A DNA stretch of 64,000 nucleotides from NCBI GenBank assembly GCA_951406725.2, contig OX597822.1, positions 24,304,001-24,368,000 on the forward strand, written 5' to 3'. Source of the stretch: Octopus vulgaris. Its lineage: Eukaryota. The notes under the pieces were generated by a model that saw only the letters and a list, made by a program, of their open reading frames with translations, was not told the origin of the DNA and made no database searches. Position numbers and translations under genes: made by a program. Shown here one piece after another: positions 29,566 to 43,239 of this stretch (position 1 is its first letter; every line of letters begins with the position of its first letter).

Positions 29566-29888
29566 TATAAGTAAATAAATGGAGTTGGATGAAGATGTTA
29601 TTAAAATTCTTTTACTTTCAACATATGCATTTTACACTGTTTATTTCTTTGGAATAAAACCATGTTGTCTTCAAAACATATGTTGAAAGTAAAAGAATTT
29701 TAATAACATCTTCGTTCAACTCCATTTATTTACTTATACTACACAAATTACTGCACATTAACCCAGAGTTTCTACCTTTGAATAGGCCGCTTCATCTGTG
29801 TTACTTGCGTGAATTTTGCTACCCTGGTAACTGTTTATTGAATTTTCCATGTTAATGGTAAACAAAGGATAATTCATTCATCCATTTA
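29566..29888 (+). mobile_element. Penelope-type fold-back insertion (62-bp arms 29566-29627 / 29677-29738) in (TA)n, intron 4 of gene 1
   Basis: Inverted arms, an AAAA-CATATG-TT palindromic stem-III-like segment, TTGAAGA on the minus strand, and (TA)n flanks. Confidence 0.65.
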
Positions 29889-29896
29889 TATATATA

Positions 29897-30116
29897 TGTA
29901 CTGCTGGAAAGTTTCTGGCTTTGGGTAAAAGAAAATACAGGAGAATCAGTTAATTATGATTTTATTCAACTTATTTCCCCTCTCAGACTCACACACTTAT
30001 TACAGTAGTTCTTCCTTCAGTTCTTCTAAGCCCTGTAAAAGAACTCAGGTGTTGGGCTTCCAACCAGGCCTTTTGCAATACCCTTAAAACCAGGAACTTT
30101 TTAGGACCCCCTCGTA
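29897..30116. mobile_element. Mariner-type MITE
   Basis: Right end CCAGGAACTTTTTAGGACCCCCTCGTA (TACGAGGG-type TIR). Left end is a degenerate GGAAAGTTTCTGG. Confidence 0.55.
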
Positions 30117-30189
30117 TACACACATGCACACACACACACACACACCATGATGTCTATGTGTATTTGTAAACAGAGAAAAATATACTTAC

Positions 30190-31209
30190 TGATGATGTAT
30201 CCACTTACTGGAAGGCCCAGACCAGAGAAAGTCATGGCGAATCCTAGAGCACAAGAGTACAATCTGTTTTCAAAGATTTCCAAGAACGTCACGCAGAAGA
30301 CGGACAGGCCCAATCCTGATGCCAGAAAGATCATGAAGGATAATAAGATAAGCATTGATGTTGATACAAAATAGGGATACAGAAGAGCTAGTGTGGCACC
30401 AATTAATCCTGATAAGTTGAAGATCATTATACTTGATGCTATGTTTTTGTAAAGTAACCAACATGTAATAAACCGTGCAGGAATGTTCCCAACTGTTGCA
30501 ATGACAAAGATTCTAGTGCTTTCCTCCAGGGTCATGCCACGGTTCACAAGGTAGTCTGGTAAAATTGTTGCAAATGACATTATAAAGCTTACTGCTCCGA
30601 TTGTGGAAAGTAGAAGTAGAAGATAAGTGTTATTATTTAATATCATGCATAGCATACGTATTTGGCCAAGTTTAGCATCGGTTTCTTCTTCATGGCAAGA
30701 CATGCCATCTGACTGACACACGTTGACCCCCTTTAAATGGTTATCATTTTCATGTCTTGAGCTAGCATTGGCTCCATCTGTTTCATGTTCTATTTCCATT
30801 TGAGGCTTTGAGTCTGACTCATCTGTATCGTTTGATGCTTGGTCTAAATCAAACTTGGTTTTCTTTGGGCTTGTAAAATGTTCCTGTGGTGTCTTATCTG
30901 TACTTTGATAGGATCTACTGCAAGGGCCGTTTCTTACTTCATTACTGACAGAAGGCGCCCATTTCCGAGGTAATTTCTTTAAAGAATACAGCAAACCACA
31001 TGGTATAGAATGCATGGTAAATGCACAGAGAAGGAGGAGGCTGCCTCTCCAAGAATATAGTTCTGTGAGTTTGGAAACAAAAATAGGGAAAATTATAGCA
31101 CCAACTGCTCCACCAGTGGAAATTAGAGACAGCAACTGCCTACTGCTTTGATCAAAATAGGAAGCAATTCCACAGTTTATGGCAATAAATATGAAGGAAG
31201 TTCCAGAAC
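30190..31209 (-). CDS. SLC16-like gene 1, exon 4 (TM4-TM11 plus large hydrophilic central loop)
   Basis: Lies inside the 382-aa ORF 30101..31249. TATAG| acceptor and CATCA|GTAAGT donor, 1020 nt. Contains SYF..., YSWRGSLLL and GNIPARF motifs typical of SLC16. Confidence 0.95.
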
Positions 31210-31569
31210 CTATATATAAAATAAAAATATATATTTTAGATTGATACAAGGCTGCAAACTATATAGAGAAAGCACATATTCAGTTGAATTTATTTTATAG
31301 TATACTAGCAGAGATAATTAGATTTGCTCAGGATTAAAATGGCACAGTTTTGTTTTGTTTTACTTGTTTCAGTCATTTGACTGCAGTCACGCTGGAAAAA
31401 ATGACCACAGGATTTATTCTTTGTAAGCCTAGAATTTATTCTATCAATGTCTTTTGCTGAACCACTATGTTATGGGAAAATAAACACAGCACAACATCGA
31501 TTGTTAAGCAATGGTGTGGGTACAAACACAGACACACACAAAAAAATACGTGACAATCTTCTTTTTAGA

Positions 31570-32215
31570 CCTATACACATGTATATATAAATACATACTT
31601 ATATATATATATACATACATACATATACATCCATATACATACACATAAATATACATATGTACATATATACACACACACATACATACACATATATACATAT
31701 ATACACACACACATATACACATATATACATACATACACACACATATATACATATACACATATATACACACACATATACACACACATATATATACACACAC
31801 ATATATACACACACATATATACACACACACATATATACACACACATATATACATACACACATATATACACACACATATATACATACATATACACACATAC
31901 ATATACATACATATACATACATATACACACATACATATACATACATATACACACATACATATACACACACATACATATACACACACATACATATACACAC
32001 ACACACATACATACACACACACATACATATACACACACATACATACATATACACACACATACATACACACACATACATACACACACACATACATACACAC
32101 ACATATATACACACATATACATACACACATATATACATACATATACATACACACATTACATATATACATACATATACATACACACATTATACATACATAT
32201 ACATACACACACAGT
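31570..32215. repeat. Complex (CA/TA/CATA)n microsatellite
   Basis: Directly visible. Source of the 303-aa and 190-aa pseudo-ORFs. Confidence 0.95.
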
Positions 32216-33725
32216 GAATGAAGTAGGGATTTTGGTCTCCACCTATTATATTTATATATATATATATATAGCGAGAATTCACAAAAAAAACAACAAAAGA
32301 CGAAGATGGGTGTGTAAACAACAAACAGATGTATTAGTTTAACGCTCGTGAAGTGAGAAAGTCTTTTACATTTCAAGCCTACGCGTTTAACAGAAAGCAA
32401 CACAGAAATAAACATGGAGAAAAAATAGAAAAAAGTTTAGTGGCTAGTGATCTATCATGGCAAATGCCGGACAGAAGAGTCACACAGAGCTAGGATGAAG
32501 GGGAGATAATAAAGTAGTGGTGATCCCAAAACGAAGGTGTGCGTGCTTGTGTATGTGAGAACGTGTACGTGCGTGTTGAAGGGGGCTGGTGACATTGACG
32601 TGTGCCTGTGTGCATGGGTAGGTGTGTGGATGATGGTGTAGGTGCTGGGAAGTGGTCAGTGCTAGTATGTGTGTGGGGTGGTATGATGTGGTGGTGTTGG
32701 GATGGGGTCTAAGGAATGCAGTGGAGTGGGATGGGACATATAGAGATGGTGGGGTTGGAATGTGTAGGGGTGGTGTAGCAAGGGAGAGGGTGATGATGAA
32801 GGGAGAGAGTGGAAGGGAGAAGGTGGGTACTTATTTTATTGACCCCAAAAGGATGACAGGCAAAATGACCTCAATGGAATTTGAAATCAGAACACAAAGA
32901 CAGATAAAATGCTACTAAGCATTTTTCTGGTGTGCTGATGGTTCTGCCAACTCAATGCCATTAATGATAATAATAATAATAATGAAATTATTGTATACAG
33001 TGCTCGGGTGAACCACAACTTGTCAAAAGTGCATATAAAGCATATGCAATAATGTACAAAATAATAACCTTTTCTACTGGAGACACAAGGCTTCAAATTT
33101 GTGGGGAGGGAACTAGTTGATTACATTGACCCCAGTGTTTCACTGGTACTTAATTTATCAACCCCGTAAGGATGAAAGGCAAAGTCAACCTTAGTGGAAT
33201 TTGAACTCAGAGCATAGTGATGAGGGAAATACCACTAAGCATTTCGTCCAACATGCTAATGATTCTGCCAGCTCAGCACCTTAATAATTAAGGTTGTTAT
33301 TATTATTACCATTTCTTCATGAATTTTGGATTCAATTTTTTTTTTGCTTAATTTAAAATAACTGCAAAATATTAATTTCACACACTCAGAAAAAAAGTGA
33401 AATACTATTGGCTAGAACACCTTCAATCATAAATGTGTTTGTTAGTGGCTGACTGCAAAGATGGGGGTCGAAAAACAATAAACAACACAATACATTGGTT
33501 TCAAATTTCAGGGGGCAGGTAAGTTGATTACGTCAACCCCAGTGTTTAACTGGTACTTATTTTATCGACACCAAAAGAACGAAATGCAAAGTTGACCTTG
33601 GTGGAATTTGAACTCAGAATATAAGGATGGACAAAATGTCATCAAACCTTTTACCCGCTGTGCTAACAACTCTGCCAGCTCACAACCTTAAACAACACAA
33701 TATATTAATATAATTTTATACTTAC

Positions 33726-33869
33726 CAGCAATAAGTCCAAGATAAATTATTAGAGACCCTACAGATGAAACATATACTGAAATTCCAACACCAAGACACA
33801 GCAAAAAGCTTCCAAGTAAAGCTGTTTTCCGCACTCCATATCTTGAATTGAAAAACCCAGTCAAAACAC
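33726..33869 (-). CDS. SLC16-like gene 1, exon 3 (GVLTGFFNSRYGVRKTALLGSFLLCLG...YLGLIAG)
   Basis: CAACAG| acceptor and GCTG|GTAAG donor. 144-nt phase 1-1 exon with MFS motif A (NSRYGVR). Confidence 0.93.
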
Positions 33870-34029
33870 CTGTTGATTGAAATGGTAGATTAAGAATAAT
33901 TACATATTTCTAACTTGGGATTAAACAAATGAAACCTCTTTATTAAAACTGTTTCATAAAGAGGTTTATTACTTGCTTCATACATTTTGTTGCTGTGGAA
34001 CCCCAAGTCTTGTTTTGGTAACACATAAC

Positions 34030-34460
34030 TTACTGTTGTTATTGTTTAAACCCAACTCAGTTCTGGTTGAACCTTGATTGTTATCCTGTTCAGTCTTAGT
34101 TGAGCCCTGTTCACTGCAGTCCCAATTTCGCCTAGGATTGAGGTCTGATTGTTGCTTACATACTATTCAGTCTTTGCTGTATTTTCATTATTGTTTAACC
34201 GCAGTTCAGCCCTCTTTGAGCCTTGACTGTTGCTGTTGTTTATATACTGTTCAGTCCTGGTTGAGCTCTGATTCTTGCTGTTGTGTATATCCAGTTCAAT
34301 CCTGGCTGTATCCTAGTTACTACCATGACTGTAGCCCAAACTTAGCCCTTGTTGAGCATTGATTATTGATGTTCTTTATCCCCAGTTCAGCCCTTAACAA
34401 GGCTATGGCTATTATTGTTGTAGCTCCAGATAAGCCTTGGTTGAGCAGAATTCTGACCAA
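34030..34460 (+). repeat. Degenerate tandem array of about 45-55-bp units (GTTGTTTA..CCCAGTTCAGCCCTGGTTGAGC)
   Basis: About nine diverged recurrences of TTCAG.C.T.GTTGAGC. Confidence 0.7.
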
Positions 34461-34589
34461 AAGCACAACTACTATTATCAAACACAATGTCAAAATTATG
34501 AATAGTAGGTTTTTCACGACACTCGTGCATTAGTATGGATTTTCTAAAACCTTAAATTATATTTTTTTTTAATCTGTAGGGAAGCCAGT

Positions 34590-35030
34590 ATCCTTTACAG
34601 TGCAGTTTGTGAACCACTGACTCAAAAGCTCCTTTGTATTTAATACACAATGGAAGGAATACATCATCAATAATGAAGTCTGCCAGCAGGCCAGCATCCC
34701 AAGCACTGAAGCCATGCTGCTACTCAAACAGATCAGATATGCAGGCCATGTCTCACACATGAACAAATCCCAGATACCAAAGGTTGTATTCTGCAGTGAG
34801 CTCAAACAGGGCACGAGAGACAGAGGAGTATTCAGTAAGTTTTTCAAAGATCAACTGAAATACCAGCTCACCTGGGCAGGTATAGACCTCCACCCCACAG
34901 AGTGGGTGGGAGTGACAGTATAAAGGATGGTGCAGCAAGACTGCATCCAAATCACTGCAAGCAACTTTGAGAAAACTAGAGCTATTGTGACAGATATGAG
35001 AAACACCAAAGAAGGAAAGAGCCATCATCA
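34590..35030 (+). mobile_element. Decayed RTE-type LINE 3' fragment
   Basis: Translation ...QIRYAGHVSHMNKSQIPKVVFCSELKQGTRDRG..KFFKDQLK matches the LRW.GHV.RM...R.PK....EL..G.R..G pattern. Confidence 0.75.
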
Positions 35031-35281
35031 CAAACCTTATCTAACCTATTTCTTTACTACCCACGAGGGGCTAAACAAAGAGGGGACAAACAAGGACAAA
35101 CAAACGGATTAAGTCGATTACATCGACACCATTACGTAACTGGTACTTAATTTATCGACCCCGAAAGGATAAAAGGCAAAGTCGACCTCGGCGGAATTTG
35201 AACTCTGAACGTAGCGGCAGACGAAATACGGCTACGCATTTCGCCCGGCGTGCTAACGTTTCTGCCAGTTCGCCGCTATAA

Positions 35282-35652
35282 TAAGAGCACTCAGAGAGCG
35301 CAAACCTTCGCCACGGTAACACTAACGTCCTCTCAACGATTAGCCAGAGATGATTTTTTAAATGAGAATATTTGAAAAATTCAACTGCTCTCACAAGCGA
35401 AAATACTAAAAATGAAACCGACCACTCTTAAAAATAAAGTAAAAAAAAAAACAGGAAAAATAATCCAGAAGCCTTGTATGATACCGGATCGATCCCAAAA
35501 TCTAATCAGTTCGTCCCAGTCACGAGGCCAAATATCCCTGAAAGTTTCATCCGAATCCATCCAGCGGTTCTTGAGATATCTTGTCCACGGACAGACAAAC
35601 AAACACGACTGGAAACAATGCTTCCGCCTTCACTAAGACGGAGGGAGGTAAT
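35282..35652 (+). mobile_element. Non-autonomous Helentron-type element (HINE/DINE-like)
   Basis: Sub-terminal ACCTTCGCC near the 5' end, 3' stem-loop CTTCCGCCTT..AAGACGGAGG, and a body with GAAAGTTTCATCCGAATCC. Confidence 0.55.
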
Positions 35653-36159
35653 AATTATGGTTTCAAATTTTGCAACGAGGGCAACAATTTTGGGGAGAGG
35701 GACTGAATCGATTACATTGACCCCAGTGTTTAACTGGTATTTAATTTATCGACCCCGAAAGGATAAAAGGTAAAGTCGACCTCGGCGGAATTTGAAGTCT
35801 GGACATAGCGACGAACGAAACACCGCTAAGTATTTCGTCCAGCGTGCTAACAATTCTGCCATTCGCCGCCATAATAATAATAGTAAAAATAATAATAATG
35901 ATAATAATATTAATCTGAAAGTCATTTAGTATTGATCTGCTGTGGTTTGAGCAAAGCAATTAAACTGTCAATGATTTACTTAGTAGGTAATATCAGGTAA
36001 AAGTTAAACTTGCACACAAATGAAATATTGTAGTGATAATCTACCTAATGAACTGAAAATTTTGGGGCAGTTTTGTTTGGTAATGTAACTCATCAATTTC
36101 GTATTCTAGAACACACACACACAAAAGAAACAAAGGAACATCTTTGAAAAATTACTTAC

Positions 36160-36359
36160 CTATGATACCATATATTCCAGTTGGGAGGAAGACAGCTAAC
36201 GAGACCAGCTGATCTTGACTGGGAAATGCATTCTTGAATTCCACAAGATAAATAGCAAGGCAGCTTCTGAAGCCAAATAAAATAGCATTGGCTACAAAAG
36301 CAGAAGTTCCCACAGTTATCTTCTCTAGAGAATCTCGATTCCAAACATTTCGATTCCAA
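36160..36359 (-). CDS. SLC16-like gene 1, exon 2 (TM1-TM2: ...SAFVANAILFGFRSCLAIYLVEFKNAF...PTGIYGIIG)
   Basis: TATTTCAG| acceptor and ATAG|GTAAGT donor. 200 nt, open in the frame set by exon 1, with an MCT-type TM1/TM2 pattern. Confidence 0.9.
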
Positions 36360-39300
36360 CTGAAATAGTAAGCAGACCTTTATTTGGATTACTGATTTTG
36401 TTAAGCTCGATCTCGAAGGAGATAAAGCTATAAATAATTGTTTCTACTAAAAGCACAGGGCCAAAACATTTTATTGGGATGGGGCTAGTCAACTGCATCG
36501 GCTCCAGTACATAATTGTCCCGAAAAGGATGGACAGCAAAGTCGACCTCGACGGCATTTGAACTCAGAACTTGAAGACAGATAAAATGACACGAAGCATT
36601 TTATCCAGCAGGCTAATGATTCTACTAACTCACTGCCTTAAAGCCATAAATAACAGCATGTAAATTTTGGGTTTAAAAATCGTTTGGATAGAACAAGGTG
36701 AAAGCTGCTCGTCGTTACATATTTCTAACAAAGAGACATTATCAAATGAATAAACTTCGCTATCTAAAGATAGATGAAATGCCACTAAGCATTTTATGTT
36801 TCTTTATTACCCACAAGGGGCTAAACATAGAGGGGACAAACAAGGACAGACAAACGGATTAAGTCGATTACATCGACCCCAGTGCGTAACTGGTACTTAA
36901 TATATCGACCCCCGAAAGGATGAAAGGCAAAGTTGACATCGGCAGAATTTGAACTCAGAACGTAGCGGCAGACGAAATACGGCTACGCATTTCGCCCGGC
37001 GTGCTAACGGTTCCGCCAGCTCGCCGCCCTCACAAAGCATTTTATATGGCATGCTAACGATTCTGCCAGCTTGACACCTTAAAGTTACAACTAATCCTTT
37101 CTGCCGTAGGCACAAGGCATGAAATTTTGGAGGTCGAGGGGGGGGAATAAAGACAATTACATCCACCTCAGTGTTTATTTTACCAACCGCGAAAGAATAA
37201 AAGGCAGTTTCGTCCAATATTTACTCCTAAGACAATGCAAAATGATGATGCAATACTTGCAATGTAATGATTTCAAACAGATAAACAGAAAATAACAAGA
37301 AATCAGAAATTACTCATTTTGCCCCGGTTACTAATTCCACCCCACCTCCCTAAATAGAAAGTCTTTTTTTTCATTTTTTAGATTGGCAAGTTACAATAAA
37401 TAAATAAATAAATAAAAGAATGAAAGTTGAAAGAAAGCAATGTTTTATTTTATTATAACCTATTAAAGGCGTACATCGAAACTCAAGTGACAAATACAAG
37501 ACATACAGACAATAATAACGAGACATTAAAGAATCGGGGAACTAAAGTTATGAAACAGAAATTTAAGAAAAGAAGCAAAATTAAAAAAAAAAACAAAAAC
37601 GAATGAATTATGAAAAGATGATACAATGAAGTGGAATGCCCATTCTACTCCCGAAGTCGATCGATTACATTTTGACAGGTTTTTTTTTCTCTTTTTCCCT
37701 CTTTCTTTTTCATAACACATATTCTCAAAAAAATTCACAATTTTCTTAAAATAGTTCACATTTTTGAAAGAAAGCAACGTTTGTGATGCATGACAAGTAA
37801 CACAAGCAACAACCCAATTCGTCTCCAGTTTTAGTGTCTTGTCGTGAAGTCTTGCAGTGATATATTAAAAAAAAAGTCTTCAAGAACGAAGCTTTTTTTT
37901 TTTCGACGAATCGTCTCTTCATGGCAATAGTGTCAAAATCTTCCTTTTGAAAGCCAGATTTTCCTACTTAACTAAACAATTTGAAACTTCGTATACTGGT
38001 AGAATGTGTCAAAAGAAAACATAATTGTAAACCAAAATGAAAACGGAATTGTAATTTCTAAGTTTAACGTTGTTTAAAAATTCGAATTTTAACCAATGAT
38101 ATTCTTTCTTTCGGCCTCATATTATTTACTGCTTCTCAAAATATTGTTACTGTGACGTAGTTAACATAGCTAAAATGTAAACATCACCGTCCCATATAAC
38201 AAAGTCCTAAACAGACAGAATAATAATAAAAATACGGCGGGCTTTCGAAATAGCTGTCGAGAATAAAATGAAATTTCGATGGTAAATTTTTGGAGGGGTT
38301 TCGGTAATTTTCGTCACTCTAAAATACATGTAATTCGCATTAAATCTTATTTTTCTGAAAAATCCACGTTTTAAAACATTTTAACTGCCCACCACTTCAT
38401 CGTGCCTTTGGAGTAGGTGTCACACTTGGGATGATCAAACCTAGAATACCTTTCATCATAGGTAATTGCTTGGAGTTCACCTTGAGAGCTAAAACTATAT
38501 ATTTAGTTTCGATATAAAAATAAAATTGCACAAAATTTTGGCACAAGACCAACAATTTGGGAGAAGGGGTTAATCGATTACATTGACTGGTACTTAATTG
38601 ATCATGAAAGGTAAAGTCGACGACGACGGTAACGTGAGGAGTCGGAAGAAATGCCACAAGGTATTTTGTCCGACGCACGAACGATTCTGCCAGCTTGCCC
38701 CACCCCCTTCCTTAATAATATTTCTTTCCCCAGTAAGTACAAGGCCTGAAGCTGATGGGAAGAACTAGTCGATTGTATTCAACTGGTACTTATTCTATAA
38801 GCGCCGCCCGAAAGAAGGAAAGCTCAGCAATATTCGAACACGGAACGTAAAGATTCGTAAGAAATGACGCTAGGCATTTTATCCGATGCACTACCGATTC
38901 TGCCAGCTTTACATTATATTTTTCGTCGAAGTTTAACTATGTCACCTTGATGATATATTTTTACGCGTGGACAAATAATAGAGAGATAATGTGGATCAGA
39001 TGATATTACATGCTGACAAGGGCTTGGTAAAGGACTGTTATAATGTTTAGAGATACGGTCCTATACGTTCGGGTTTCAACCCTCACCGGAATTCAAAACA
39101 AGCCGTCTGTTCTTCCACGGTCGAGAAAATACATCGATCAAGTATTGGAGATCGATATAAATGATTATACCCTCCACTCACCCCAAAATATATGCTTTGT
39201 GTCTATAATCAATATTACAAATATATTGTTATTGTTATTTAACTCAGGTCATCCTGATAAACCCGGTTGAGGATCAAAGGGTTCCAACTATGACCAACCC

Positions 39301-41470
39301 GTATTTTTGCGCCCCCTCTTTTTTTCAGATATAGCATCTATGATTATATTAGCCAATGTACCCTTCCTTTAACCCAGTAGTATATGGTTTTAAGGGGATT
39401 TGGGTGTTATTCCTAGCACATCGACGAGCGAAAACGCAGAGGGGCCCTGATTATGTGCGAGTATGCGTATGGATGGGTACGTGTGTGTATGTGGGTGCAT
39501 ACAAGCCAAATAACCGGTTCAAGGCTTGTGTCAAACTGAAGAATCAAAGCGTGTGCACAGGTTTATAGTAAATATATACATTGTATTTGAGAAAACACCT
39601 GAAGCCTATACAAAAACATTGAATATGTGTTTATTATTCATCCAAAGTAAACAGTACGTGTGTGCTGTTTACGTCACAGTAACAATATGTTTAGACGGAG
39701 CAAATAATTTCAACTCAATACAGAGAATACGATTGGTTAAAATTCGCAGATTTAAACTACGTTTAAACTTATAAAATACATTTTTGTCAAAAAAACTAGT
39801 TGAAATTATTATTTTCTTTTGACACATTCTACCAGTATACGAAGTTTCAAATTATTTAGTTAACTAGAAAAATCTGGCTTTCAAAAAGAAAAGATCCATT
39901 TTCTGCCATGAATTCTTCATTCCCAGCAACTCGGATAAATTGCATCCACAAGCCCGTACTGCTCACAATCAGTGTTACAGGTTTTAGAAGAGTCGAACAG
40001 TTCTCTTTAAAATTTTGAAGGAGCAAAGAAAACGCTTTAAACATCCTCCCGAAAAACTCCATCGCCAAAACGAACGAGAGTAGATATATTTTTTTGACTT
40101 ATTTGAAACATTACTTTTTCCATTATTGGATTCATTCGACCTGATTAATGTGCAAATATAATAATAATCATTATTGCTGTTGTTATGTTGATGTTGAGCG
40201 AGCGGAGAAGTCCGCAACGTGGTCCTTTGCTATTCGTAAGACCCGTAGAAGAGAAAGCAGGTCAACCCCCGACACCGAGAGCATCGACGGATGGATGAAT
40301 GCGCATCCAGGCTCAGCGGTTGCGTAGGAAGTCGGGGACAAAAAACAGGAAGAAAGAGTGAGAGAAAGTTGGGGACGAAAGAGTGCAACAGGGTATACTT
40401 TTAAAAAAGAATTGGTGCCTAAACAAATGTACTACGGCGACAAATTAGAAAGATCTACCACGAAAATAGTTTGAGAAAAACGTGATTTCTGTAAAAATAG
40501 AATCAAACGTAGACTGAATGGGAAAAAATGAACGTGACCACAATGAGGTTAATTTAACTTTGCGAGCAAGGTTGCTAGAAGCATACCTGGACATGCTCTG
40601 GCCAAATACCGCTTGTGGTTGCCTGATTCATCCAGGGGCTGGATTCATCCGAACCTATCAATCGTTGATCCATTTTTATGTTCATTTTATGATTAAATAA
40701 TTTTTCATATATTAAGAACGTTTCATTCCACAAAGACAAGCTGCAACACAATGACGGTTTCGCCTTTCATCCTTTCGGGGTCGATAAATCAAGTACCAGT
40801 TACGCACTGGAGTCGATGTAATCGACTTAATCCGTTTGTCTGTCCTTGTTTGTCCCCTCTGTGTTTAGCCCCTTGTGGGTAGTAAAGAAGTAGGTATATA
40901 CGTATGAGATCTACACAATATCAAATACAAAGGCAATGACTTTGGTAAGCAGACACCGTGAAGTTCGTTAAAGATTTTCAGAGGAACAAAGTAGAAACTG
41001 AAGCACGATATGTGTTTCGACATAGAACTGCAAGAGAACAACTATCCGAGGAACAACGTAACTATGTTCTAATGAGAATCTACAAAATATTACTTATTCT
41101 GGGCATAAAACAATGGGGCATGCGTTAGTATTTATAATAATGTCAAATAAAAGACAACAAAAAAAATCAAAAAGGTTCTTCTCGAGCCAGAGGCTCATAA
41201 AGCAATTCCTCCGGATTCTGTGACATGTATATTCCTTCCCGGACAGGGCAACGGTCCGTCAGAAGATTACTTATTTTTGGCAGTCGTACGGACTCGAACA
41301 GCGTGAAATGACGCGTTTTGTTCAAGAATACAATGCGTCACTTGATTCAAGAATCGAAACCACAATCTTACAACCACGAGTCCAACACTCTCACTACTAA
41401 GCCACGCGCCTCAACAATGTCAAATAAGTATAAAGTTAACTTTTTTCTTGGGGCGAAGTTGATGGCATTT

Positions 41471-41516
<46 letters not shown>

Positions 41517-42875
41517 CAGAAAGAGGAATGATAATTTCGACGTTATTTGATCTCAGCTGATGAAACTAATTAATTTAAATTAATGTACCATCTCTACCTA
41601 CTCCCCAGTTTTGTATTACATAAATATTGAAAATGATGAGCTGACGGAATCATTAGAGCGTCGGAGAATGTGGTTTGCAGTTTTTCTTTAGTATCTCTAC
41701 GTCCTGTATTCAAACTACATAAAGGTCCAACTTCGCTTTCCATTCCTCCGGGGTCGATAAAATAAAGTACGAGTTAATCAGTATGTTCCACTACTTTATT
41801 GGTACTTTAGTTATCAACTAAGCCCTTCCTTTCAAAGTAGCTCGTTTTGTGCCTAAATTAGAAACGATTATATAATAAATACTGGATTTTTTCCTTTGCC
41901 AAAAAAAGCAAAAAAAAAGCTTACAAACAAAGGGTATACGTTTAGGCCATTAAATCGAGCAATGAAGAACATACTTGGTGGAACATTTTATCGACCCCCC
42001 GCCCCAAATAGTATGAAAAGCAAGAGCAAATCTGACAGGATTTGAACTTAGAACGGAGATTAAACGAAACTAAAATACTGTAATAAAGCCAGCTTTTATC
42101 ACCGCTCATGGGTAACTGTGTATTGTGAAATAAAACTTGAAATTTGAAAAAAAAAAAAATGTATGTATATGTGTCACCAACAGTGTTTTTGTTGTTTTTT
42201 GCATTTAATTCCGACATAATTGTACACCATCTGAAAGGTATTTATAGAAAATTTCATTATGAAATACCAATTTTTCTGAAAAGTTACGAGATAAGAAAAT
42301 CGGCTCAGGCGAGCTATCCAAAACTCTCCTCCATTCGGTAAAAAAAAAATTCGCAACACATTCAGACATAATTGGAATCTGCACTATCTGAAAGGTATTT
42401 GTAGAAAATTTCATCTAAAATTGCCCTCTTTTCTGAAAGTTATAAGGAAACACAGTCGCAGAAGGGGAACGTGGTGGTCTCGGTATGCCAAAGAATATCC
42501 AGTCCTTTACCCACCTTTTTTTCTTTCTGGCGAGTGTACTTTAAAATGATAAATATAGTTACTTCGTAAGATTACATATAATCATTTTTAGCTATATATA
42601 ATAACGTCTAACTTAATAGCATCAGTTAGACATCGTATATTTTAAACTCCCATCCGTATAATATATGTAAATCCATCTGTGTTTTCATCTTGTATATAAG
42701 AAGCGTGTTTGCACCCTACATGTCCCTTGTCTGTCCTTGTAACGTCCCCTCTATGTAAACCTTTTTATAGATAAATAAAGAAATATATTTAGACATCGCC
42801 TAGGCCAATGCTGGCCGAAACTTATGTAACATGACATACAAAAAAGAAAAAAAAAACACATATGGGCGTATTTAC

Positions 42876-43033
42876 CAGTCTGAAAGCTTCTGAAATACCG
42901 AGAGAAAATAGAACTGCTTAAATCCTAGCGAGTCTTCGTAATTTTCGACAACGTCTTCTTGGCTTTCTCCTTCAGACACACCACTAGATGCCTGTAACAA
43001 AGGGCGCCTTTCTTCTACATCACTGACTCCCAT
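42876..43033 (-). CDS. SLC16/MCT-like MFS transporter gene 1, coding exon 1 (MGVSDVEERRPLL...QKLSD)
   Basis: ATG at 43033. 158 nt ending TG|GTAAAT (phase 2), which joins exon 2 in frame. Confidence 0.8.
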
Positions 43034-43239
43034 GATATTATTAGAAGTATATGGATAAATAGAAGTATATTTAGACAAAGAGAAAAATACGTCGAAATCG
43101 TTGGCAGTGGCGAGTGAAATTATATTTAATACGACCACAAATAAACAGACTTCGATAAGATTGTGAGCCTCTGTCGAAGCTCTGGTTACATTTAGATTTT
43201 ATTTATTATTTTCTTTATTTCTCACACTTTATGACGATC

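Noticed and set aside
30101-31249. Single-exon 382-aa gene as given by the ORF track
   Set aside because: Both ends are intronic read-through; the real exon is 30190-31209 of a five-exon gene.
32361-32400. Hammerhead-like motif on the minus strand (also TCTCAGCTGATGA at about 41555)
   Set aside because: Probably PLE pseudo-LTR remnants, but the cores and stems are too degenerate to call.
31504-32415. 303-aa ORF and the many YVCM/HTYI/CVCV/RERE ORFs across the window
   Set aside because: Translations of stop-free microsatellites, with no splice context or complexity.
34030-34460. CRISPR-like repeat-spacer appearance
   Set aside because: Eukaryotic intron, degenerate units without unique spacers, and no cas genes.
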